NCBI RefSeq assembly: GCF_964194025.1
Contig: NC_134474.1
Location: forward strand, 20,398,001-20,436,132
Reading direction: 5' to 3'
DNA length: 38,132 bases
DNA from: Convolutriloba macropyga
Taxonomy: Eukaryota
Positions within the stretch are counted from its first letter, which is position 1; each line of letters begins with the position of its first letter. Shown piece by piece: positions 25,771 through 35,408 of this stretch. Under the pieces are notes generated by a model. That model saw nothing but the letters and a program-made list of their open reading frames with translations, did no database searches and was not told the origin of the DNA. A program made the position numbers and the translations under genes.

Positions 25771-26567
25771 ATGACTTCTGTCAGTTCTTCTGAAGCAGTG
25801 AGTTGCGAAGCAATTGACCTTAGTCGCGGCCATAATCTTGCTGTGAAGCGGGCACGTTTGACAAGGCAACCGGACGGTTTTCATGTTACACTGGAGGATG
25901 ATGAAGGCAATTCTACCCGGATTGAAATCGAAGAGTCTGTCGATGACAACTCCCAACAAGCGAGCTCTACCACTGAAGTTGTTGACTTGGACAATGAGGA
26001 CGTTAATGACGAGGTAATAAGAACCTTTTTGCTTCAAAAGCACCTCCTTTTTTCGAGGATGACATATACTGTACTGTATTGAGATGGGCAGTATCGAACC
26101 CTAAAAGATACAAAAAACAAATCACTTCGATAATTTGCTGAGCCTCAATAATTTTATTGTGTTTTGTTTAGGATAGTGGAAATGTTCAAATAACCCAGAT
26201 AGCGCAAATGTTTGGGATTGACGTAGTGAAGGAAGTTGTCAGTAATCAATCAAATCAAATATCGCTGGGCAATATGATACTCAAGGCTATCGAAGAGGGT
26301 CAATGTAATGATCTTTGTGCGAAGTTCAAATATGTTGCAACGCGAGAAGAATTGAATACGGCTTTTGACTTCATGATAGCTCATTTAAAGAGCCTACTTC
26401 TCCAAATAAACATAGGTTCCTCGGAGACAAATAACATCAAGCGTTATTGTTGGATGCTTGGTTTTTTGTACAAGGCAAAAAGCGATCTGTTCAATGACAA
26501 TGAAGACGAGAGGCGATCAAAAGTGTATAAAAAACTTTGTATGAAAATGCTGTCATGTGACTCTTGA
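25771..26567 (+). CDS. Two-exon hypothetical protein, 212 aa (exons 25771-26013 and 26172-26567); acidic N-half, helical C-half
   Basis: ATG at 25771 follows a tttttcag acceptor. Donor gag|gtaata at 26014 and acceptor ttgtttag| at 26171 are both phase 0, joining ...DVNDE to DSGNVQITQIAQMFGIDVVKE in frame with track ORF 26208-26567. Confidence 0.65.
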
Positions 26568-26927
26568 AGACTTGATTCTTCGCTGCCAAACCATAGCATA
26601 GCAAAACGTTCGACCTACCATAATTCATTTTTCTTGCGCGGATTTTGTTATGTCTAAAAATTTATTGTACACTTATTTCTTCTTTCATATGTGTATTATT
26701 ACATTTCATCTTATGCTAAGACAGTCAGTCATTTATTGACTATTTAGTTGTTTTACTACCAAATTTTTTATCTTATTTTGAATTTCAACGACCAACTGCA
26801 AGAAGCTAGTTTATTCAAAACCACCTTGTCTTCAATAATATTATTAGGAATGATTGTTAAACTCATTAGAAAAAAAAAGTTCTCACAAGATCACCAATTC
26901 AGCCACTTCTGTTTTTCAGACCACAAA

Positions 26928-27344
26928 ATGCAGAGTGGAAATCAACCGTGTGCAATGTGCGACAACCCGTTATGCTCAAAAGAAGTTGAAGTTTACGAAA
27001 AAGTTGAGATAGCTGTTCGTCAACTGGAGCTGTCACATCAGTCTATTACCATTTCGATAGATAACGGATCCTGTACATGGATAGAAGCTCTGAGAAACCT
27101 GGAAAGCACAAAGGCTTTTGGAAATGTGCTCTACCATGTGGGAATCATCAGACGCTTCGCTTCCTTATTCCAATGGAATCGACTGAACAAGACTCTCGAA
27201 CAAATTTATCTGAGGCTCGCGGATTGTTACAGAAAAATTGATATGCACGACGACGCAAAAGCACTCAGCTTAAGAGCATTCAATTTATCGCAAGAATATA
27301 GACAGCGTAATGAGGCACAGAAACCAGTGACGATCCCAGAGTGA
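26928..27344 (+). CDS. Hypothetical alpha-helical (TPR-like) protein, 138 aa, N-terminal CxxC-x4-C
   Basis: Intact frame, with the ATG 8 nt after gtttttcag. It aligns by eye with 27641-28006. AATAAA follows at 27504. Confidence 0.65.
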   Translation: MQSGNQPCAMCDNPLCSKEVEVYEKVEIAVRQLELSHQSITISIDNGSCTWIEALRNLESTKAFGNVLYHVGIIRRFASLFQWNRLNKTLEQIYLRLADCYRKIDMHDDAKALSLRAFNLSQEYRQRNEAQKPVTIPE

Positions 27345-27640
27345 TTGTTCCTAAACTATATTATAACGTTTTTTCGAACGTTTATAATTTTTGTAAGCTG
27401 CCTATCTTTCACCTTCAAATATTATGTATAGTTCAGAGTGTTTTTACTGCTATTAAAGTACTTTAATTTATATCCGGGTTTAACCTACAGCTTTTTTGAG
27501 AGGAATAAAAACGTGTCAGCTATTGAACAGACTCTTTTTCAAAAGATTTGAATGATATCTTTCCAATCAACCGTTAATCAAACTTGATCAAACTGATTTT
27601 GTTGTTGCGGTTTCTAACGTATTTCCTGCGTTTCAGTGAA

Positions 27641-28006
27641 ATGAATGTACACGCCAGTGCAGATGAAAGGTTTGTCTATCTTGACAAATGTATTGCGGCC
27701 TGGAACGATTCACTAATGGAAGCAAGTGAAGGTATTCGATTAAAAGAGATGAACGATGTGAAGGCGGTGCAGCTTTTAAAAGGCCTCAGAGACGAAGGTT
27801 TACGACTTCATTCGCTGCCAAATATCAAAGAGTTTTTGACTGGTTTTCAGTGGTTCAGCATAACATATCTGATGGAACGAACCTATCAAAAACTTGGAGA
27901 AATTCTTCTACGTCTTGGTGGTTCCTCTAAATCTGAAGCCAAAGAATTTCTTTATATGGCAGCGGTTTTTGCCTGCAAATATGTTCAGAAACCAGCCAAC
28001 AATTGA
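27641..28006 (+). CDS. Hypothetical alpha-helical (TPR-like) protein, 121 aa, paralog of 26928-27344
   Basis: The ATG follows a branch-point-like ttctaac (27612) and tttcag (ending 27636). It shares F...FQW......E..Y..L...(D/E)AK.....A......Y with the upstream ORF. Confidence 0.65.
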   Translation: MNVHASADERFVYLDKCIAAWNDSLMEASEGIRLKEMNDVKAVQLLKGLRDEGLRLHSLPNIKEFLTGFQWFSITYLMERTYQKLGEILLRLGGSSKSEAKEFLYMAAVFACKYVQKPANN

Positions 28007-28359
28007 TTAAATTGTGCCTTTAACTGTTGCTTTCAAATAATAAGTAAAACTTGCTCCAACCTTTTACCACCCATGCTGCTGTATTTAAAGCCGCTAATCA
28101 TTTTCCAAACAAAACATTTTCTTTTGTCATTTCTGATGCGCTCACTTTTTGTACTCGAGTTTTCTAATTATTTTATGATGACACAATACTTTATTCTTGT
28201 CTCAACTTAAAAAAGAACACGAATTCTGTTTAACATTTTTTTTGCTGTTCGAAATTGATGATTGTTCTCTCTCTATAAACCACACAAACAGACCGTCGTC
28301 TAAAACTAATAATTGAAGAATCAGGTTCTAAATTTGATACCTGTTTTCAGACACTGATC

Positions 28360-31300
28360 ATGTCAACTGAAAACACACACACTAATGGCAGCAGCAGCAA
28401 CGCTACTGTAGCAGAAGCACCAGACCTGAGCTCAGCTAGTGGTTTTGATCCCTCAACCTTTTATCAAATAACACGAAGACCGAAAAGAAGGAGCTCCTTA
28501 CAAGCGGTCAGTCGCGACTTCGAGGTCAGTTTCCGAGGTATTGAAACCCAAATTGACAAAGTCAAAGACGTTTTTAATCACTTGATAAATTTCCTCATTG
28601 AAGAATTAAACCGTGAAAACGAAAATACTAACCACCGTATACGCTTGGTTCTAAATGCTCCGAGTCTGAGTTACCCAGTTCATATACCTTTTCAGGAAGC
28701 GGCTGATTTTAACATCGATTTTGTGTTAAATGAAATTGAGCGTGTTTAAAATTCAAACGAAGGGTTTGACATCAGTAGCGATATGAAAGTGAATGTGTTA
28801 TCGGTGTCTTTACCTGCAATGGGTGGCTATAAAATAGGCGGAATTCATAATTGAACTATCCCCGACGTACTAACTTTCATATCACAGAAGCGATCAGTTA
28901 TATCTATTCATACTGATGAATAAAATAATTGCTTATTAGCAGCACTAGGCGTAGGCATGGCTCTGGCAGATAACGGATTACAGCAGGCAAAGAAACAATT
29001 TTCAAAAAATTACAAACAGGAGTTGGAAAAAAAGCAGTTGATATTCAAACTGAAACGGTTTTCAAATTGGGATATTGATTTCGGAAACAGCGCGAATAAA
29101 AAATGGACTCTTGACGATCTCTCTATGTTGGCCAAAACCGCAACTCTAAAACCATACAACATAACTGTGTACGATGCAAAGTTCATGGGTGTTTATTTGA
29201 AAAGTTTCAACGACGGCCAGGAGAAGCACATTGATTTGTTGTACAACTCAAACGCAGAGCACGTTGATGTAATCACTTCAATGAAGGGCCTGTTCAGCGT
29301 TCGGTTTTACTGCTATGCTTGTCATAAAGGATTTTCTACTGTTAAACACTTGTGTGCAGCTAGTTCGTATGCCAAAGTGTCGTATGCCAAAGTGCAGAAA
29401 CAGGGCTTCTACTGCGTTCAATACTGATTTTTTTGGACAACAGACGTGTTCTACGTATGTTCTAGGTATTTTGTAGAGTCAGCTGTGCTTGGATGCGCAT
29501 ATAACACAACGTATTTGCTCTTATTTCTACAAATGTCCTGGGTGCAATCTTACTGTTTCCCGGCACTCGGCGTCCACTCATCAATGCAGCAAAAAACGAT
29601 GCGTTACTTGTTCTCAATTTTACAATTTCTCACAAGGAAAGAAACACGAGTGTTTTGTACAGAGCCCCAAAAAACGGGCACGTGCAGCCCTGGAGACTGA
29701 TGTTGGTGAAAGAACGACTGTTGATGGTGATAACGGAAATTTTGCCAGCAAGAAATCAAAGAGGAGTAACCTCTTCAATTCAGTGTCCAGTTCTGACGCT
29801 TCTTTCTCGCGACAGGAAGAAGAAGCAGAGCAAGCAGTGCCAGACGAACAAACTTGGGCCTTTGACTTTGAAACTGATCAGAGCTGCGAACAAAAGAATG
29901 TACACAAACCGGTTCTTCTGATTGCAAAATCATTTTCCGGAGTTGAAAAATCTTTTGTTGGTTACAATTCAGTTAACGATTTTTGTCTTTGGTTGTTCGA
30001 CAACAAAGAGCGTTTCAGAAAGTGCGAATGGTTCATTGCTCATTTTGGAAGTGGGTACGACTTTCTGCCAATCTTGGAGTGGCTATATCAGAAACAAAGT
30101 TTCATTCCAAAAATTGTTCTGAGAGGCAATAAAGTTGTGTCACTCAAAGTGGGAAATAAACGGTTTATTGATTCATACCTGTTCAAACCTATCCCTCTTC
30201 GGAAATTTCGAAGACATTTACCATTGAAGAGACGGAGAAGGGATATTTCCCCCACTTTTTTACTTCATCTGCAGCTTTTGAAGGTAAAACACCTTTTCAT
30301 ACAATTTCTTCGTGCCCCAATGGACAGGAATGCGGCTTAGTGAACATAGTTTCCGCTGATTGCCCTCACTGCATTAGTAGGAGAGTTGACAGACTTTCAA
30401 AACTCCAAGGATTAAATTGCACAGCACGGACGCTAACAAGAGAATGCGATGAGAATTCAAGAGAATGCCAAGAACCAGATTTTGCCTTCCTACCCGGACA
30501 GTTCCCGCCGCGGTGTCTGTTTGGCGTTAATTCCCTACAAGATACTGAGTATTTTAATCACTTCATTCAATGGCATCAACAACAAGAGGTAATTTACAAG
30601 GAAAACTTGCTAAATTACGAATTTCAGCTAGAGTTAACAAAATACTGCCAGTCAGACGTTGAATTATTGAAACAAGGTGTTACCACTTTTTGACGACTGA
30701 TTAAGAAAACATGCAACAACATTGACCCCTTTCAAATAGCATGTACTGCTGCATCAGCCTGTAACTATATATACCGACAACTGTTCATGCCTCCAGCCTC
30801 TATAGCGATTTTACCATCAAACGGATATCGGTCGATGGAGAAAACTTCGTTCCCGGCTAATCAATGGCTCTGCTGGATCGAACGTACCGAGAGGGAAAAA
30901 AACAGGAATTTTGAAATCAAGTTCTACAAATCAAACTCGTTGGGTGGTTCTGCTTCAAAAAACGATAAAGAAGTTCGAGAGCAAAAAATTGGCCCGTGCC
31001 GTGTAGATGGCCTCATGTTAAAAAAAGAGCGCTCCGATGAACAAGATTGGATCAGCGATTCTAAAGTTGTGTACAGAGCAAATATTTATGAGTTTTTTGG
31101 TTGTTATTATCACGGCTGCTACAAATGTTATCCAAATCGCAAAGAGTTTAATAAGAAAAAGGGAATGACTATCGAAGAGCTTCATTTCACCACTTTTCAA
31201 GAAAGATTTCAGTTTCTCCAATCTCAAATTGAAAACAAAGTTCGCCACAAAACGACGGATGGTTTAAATTATGTTATTGAGTCATGTGAAAATATCTGGG

Positions 31301-32986
31301 AATGTCAATTTAACGATTTAGTTAAAAATCATTCTTTTGAGGAAGCGGCAAAAATTGCTCCTTTTTCTAACGGCCACTATCATAACTAAAAGTTGAAACA
31401 ACTGGTGAGCAGTAGCGAGTTTTTTTCACCACTCAAAGCCAGAGACGCTTTTGTTGGCGGTCGGACAGAAAGTTTCTGCACACGTTGGCACAAAAAGAAT
31501 TGTAACCAAAAGTTTCGGTATGTTGATATTTGTTCCTTGTACCCGTATGTTAACGCGTCGTGCCCTTATCCTGTTGGTCATCCGGATTTTGTGCTTGTGG
31601 CTCCAGTTTTTGATGAAAATGTGTCGGAAAATCCGTTAAGTCTTCAGCGACGAAAAGTGCTAGCATCACGCTCGAATGATTGCATTTATTGTCAGCCCTT
31701 TTCGGAAGTTGAACAAAAAATTTTGGATGAAGAATATTTTGGATTAATCAAATGTCTTGTTCTGCCGCCGAGGAATCTCTGGATACCAATTATCCCTTTC
31801 AAGTATAATGCGAAACTTTTTTCCCGCTCTGCAGGAAGTGCGTGGAAACCACTAGTTCTAACAAATCCCAGCAGGCAAATATCCCAATCGATGGGTCAAA
31901 TTGCTCGCACAGTGATTACCTTGATAGGGCTTTCTGGGGCACATTTGTGACTGTTGAACTACGATTAGGGATTCGTTGGGGCTACAGAGTTATTGATGTG
32001 TCGGAAATTTGGTCATAGAGCACTGCAAGACGCTCATCAAACTTATTTCGGGAGTACATAAACACTTTTTTGAAGATAAAAACAGAAGCGAGTGGGTGGC
32101 CAGTAGAGTGTAACTGTGATCAGACTGAAACTTGTAGCCACAGAAGAGACTTTCTGCGCGACTTTGAACCTAAAGAGGGGGTTAAACTGAATGAGGAGAA
32201 TATGGAGCGGAACGAAGGCTTACGTTTCATCTCAAAAATTCTTCTCAATTCTTTTTGGTGTTATCTTGGTATGCGTGAGAACCTGCCAAAGACGAGGTAT
32301 GTCAACAATTACCCTGATGTCGTAAAATACTTCACGTCTAATTTTTCTCGCGTTTTTGACGCAACTCTAGTGGAAGAAGATTTGATGCTTCTTCAGTACC
32401 AAATGATTGACGATGCGGCTGATATTCCGAGAAAATCTAATGCTGTTTTGGCTGCCTTTACAACCGCCCACGCCCGAAGCATACTATATCAGCATATTTC
32501 GAAAGTGAAAAATCCTCAAAACGTTTTATACTGTGATACAGACAGTATAATGTACATTGATGAGCAAGTTAGTGGTTTGGATGCTCATAGGGATATACCT
32601 ATCGGTTCCTATCTCGGTGATATGCCGGATGAGCTTCCAAAAACGGTCACGGTTGATAATTTTTTTTTGGCGGGCCAAACTTTTACTGTATCAATGGACG
32701 CAATAATGAAACAGCTGCTGAGTACTATGTTTTTAAAGTCAAAGATCTCACTATTAACAGAGCAGTGGAGAAAACGTTCGATATCGAAGCGTTCAAAAAA
32801 CTGGTTCTTCAGGAGGTGCACGAGCTGCGCTCCCCATTTAGCTCAATGCGTCGTTGCGTTAAAACTGATAAAATTCAAACACAGTTTTGCAAAAAAATGA
32901 CTAAGATAACTTGTACTAAACGCTGCTTCGATACTGATACTGGCTTATCTGTCCCCTATGGTTTCTTATCCAACTTCAAACATTAA
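28360..32986 (+). pseudogene. polB: Protein-primed family B DNA polymerase (pPolB), Polinton/alpha-adintovirus type, ~1500 aa ancestral
   Basis: N-terminal IERV*NSNEGF...KRSVISI..NNCLLAAL..EHVDVI; Cys-rich zinc region; ExoI FDFET, ExoII AHFGSGYD, FIDS, KGYFPHF, ExoIII YCQSDV; insert VDG...YEFFGCYYHGC...IWECQF; Pol A YVDICSLYP; FPLCRKC; KTEASGWP; Pol B SKILLNSFW; Pol C YCDTDS; C-terminal KR...SVPYGF. Stops at 28747, 28852, 28921, 30691, 31387 and 32016. Frameshifts near 29370-29490, 30208, 31820 and 32670. Confidence 0.96.
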
Positions 32987-33109
32987 TGTAGCCAGTTTGT
33001 ATTTGGTAACAGTAATTTAATTTTTGTTTCTTTTTTCAATTTGAAGTATTAATTTCTTTTCACACTTTTTTTCTCCAATTGTTTATTTTTTGAACAGAAA
33101 TTTCAAACC

Positions 33110-34123
33110 ATGCACAAACTTTGTCTTGTTTTTAGATTATTGAACGTTATGTCTCAAACCAAGTCAGACAGCACTCAACATTGGAGCTCAGAGACGATAA
33201 CAGACTGGTCAAGTAACAGCTATCTAGAAAAACTGACTTGTCACTACATTGCGGTCGACTCCTGTCAAATGAAGAATAAGGCCTGTTGCATGAGCGTTGA
33301 TGGGTTTTATTGTTGCGGGCCAAGGGGCCAACTAAGAGCTGACTTAGATCTAATTAATGACACTATTGTCAGCTCTATTGTGCGCGCAAACTATATTTCC
33401 TTGTTCCTGTTCATCCTTTCGATAAATTTGCTGTCTGTCGTTGTGTGTTGTTTTATTGATGCTAGCCATTTCCGATGGTCCTGAAAACAGGAAATTCAGT
33501 CAGCCTTTAAAAGGAAATCGAAAAACCGGCCGGCGACTGCGGTTCTAGGGAAAGGGATTGCGGTGGACGGGCAAACACGCTTGCAAGAAGACAAAAATTC
33601 ATCTGACTTGATTTGCAGGGGTTGCTCTGCTACAACGCAAGGCGAAATGTCCGCGGCTTCATGGTGGCAACACGGTTAAAATTCTGTCCAAGCTCTCCAG
33701 ACTACTGCGCAAGTTCACTCCGTTCCTCCCGATCTCTTGGTTTCCAATGCAAGTAGGGAAAACATCACTGCAGTTTTACCACTGATTGGACCAAAAAAGT
33801 ATAGGCAGTATCTGGTTTTGTATGAAAGAAAACACTCTTTACCAACAAGCTCTCGAAACATTTATTATACACAAATTTCCGTTCAGAGAAACAATTCTTT
33901 CACGACAATTTCAAAAGACAAGCCAGCAAATGTGAGTCATTTCAAAGATAATAACCCCTCTACTTCTCACTTTGGAAGCCTGGTCGAAGACGTGCCCGCC
34001 CGAAAAAAGAGGTTGCCATCTAAATCAAGTGTAGATGATAACACTTCTACAACAACAACAACAACTTCGACTTTTTCTCGTAAGCAATTGTATAGTTATG
34101 GAGACCTTGAAACGCTAGTTTGA
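33110..34123 (+). pseudogene. Type I single-pass membrane protein (six-Cys ectodomain, TM helix, S/T-rich tail, C-terminal ETLV) with two premature stops
   Basis: Track ORFs 33110-33484 and 33737-34123 share a frame, and the only stops in between are 33482 (tga) and 33677 (taa). The ectodomain pattern is C-x7-C-x6-CC-x7-CC and the TM segment is YISLFLFILSINLLSVVVCC. Confidence 0.65.
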
Positions 34124-34520
34124 TTGATGGATTGATCATATCTTGCAAAAGAAGAGGAGCACTTGATGATCATTTTTAAAGCAGAGACTTATGGCTGTCT
34201 GTCTGTCTCTCTATGTTTGTATATCATATCTCGAAGTTTTGTATTGTATTTCAGCAAACATTTGTGATGAATTAGTCTTTATTGATGACAGTACTTGTTG
34301 CTTTTTACTGTACAAAAGATTGAAATGAATGAAAGGAGAACTGCCAATTTGAGGCATTTTTTTGTAACTTTTAGATTTTTGATAGTTGTAGGTAGAACTA
34401 ATTGTTTAATTACTAACTACCGCACTTATATGTTTTTCTTTTAGTTTTCATTTGTTGTTTCATTTGTGTACCTATTATTAATTGTGATGCAGGGGGGCAC
34501 TGATTCTTCAGAGTTTTGGT

Positions 34521-35213
34521 ATGGAGTTTCGTCAAGGTGCCACCAGGATTTATGCGCATTTTGCGTTCTGCCCCACCAATGATTGTGAGAAAGGAGCAAT
34601 AGAGCAATGTGATCACATTTTGGAGGAGCTCTGTGTAATGCTACAGCGTGAGCACATTGAGTTTGTGATTGGTGCCTATGTCTTTAACTGCCTAAAACAA
34701 TGCGGTTTTCCAAATGCAGTGTTTGTGACACGAAAAACTTCACAGAATCAACATCGTGTTCCAAATTCAGCTCAAAGGCGCAATCTTATGTCGTCCACTA
34801 ATAAGGAAGCACCGGAACTTTGCGAGAACCATCTTCATTTGTTGATATACTGTAGAGATGACTCCCAATAATCTACAAGTAATGCCCAACCAGCGACCAC
34901 AACAAACTGGAGACTTGAAGAAGCCGTAGCACGCGTAAGGCACTATTTCAGTTTTCAACTACCGAGGTCAGAGATGAGATCAGGCTTCAAGTTCTTTCAA
35001 ATACAAGTGTGGTGTCCCTTCTCTGTGTATGCTGCTTTCGCTGGACAAATAAAAAATAAACAGTCTTATGCTCTTGCGCGCGGGGAACAATTCGACTTGT
35101 TCAGTTCTACATATGACGCAAATGCTGACTTGAACAAATATTTTCCAAAGAGAGCACCAATTCTCCGTTCCAAGTGCCTGTTTGAACTGCAGATAAAATT
35201 CTTGGTAAAATAG
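34521..35213 (+). pseudogene. HUH-endonuclease-like protein, ~230 aa, one premature stop at 34869
   Basis: Track ORFs 34521-34871 and 34974-35213 are in frame and the sequence between them is open. HLHLLIY lies at 34830-34850, with a downstream helix PFSVYAAFAGQIK. The ORF itself is well supported; the family assignment is inferred. Confidence 0.5.
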
Positions 35214-35408
35214 TGTTGTGCATATGGACCGCAATTTAGATTATGACATCTTTGGTTTTTCTTAATACAGTTTAATACATAAATGTAAGATTGAAGGCAG
35301 GCAAGTAGTATGTATCCTTGACTCAACTTTCACGCTCTCTACGCAACATTATCATGGTTGGTAGCCTTTCTCATAATACAAGGTTTGGTCATTTCAGAGA
35401 GAGATTCA

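Noticed and set aside
29446-32821. Alternative-frame and antisense ORFs within polB (29655, 29922, 31018, 31451, 32609)
   Set aside because: They are shadows of the polymerase frame or short pieces created by frameshifts.
28747-34871. Alternative genetic code or programmed readthrough to explain the in-frame stops
   Set aside because: All three stop codons occur, at positions of differing residues and together with frameshifts and catalytic-region substitutions, which indicates ordinary pseudogenisation.
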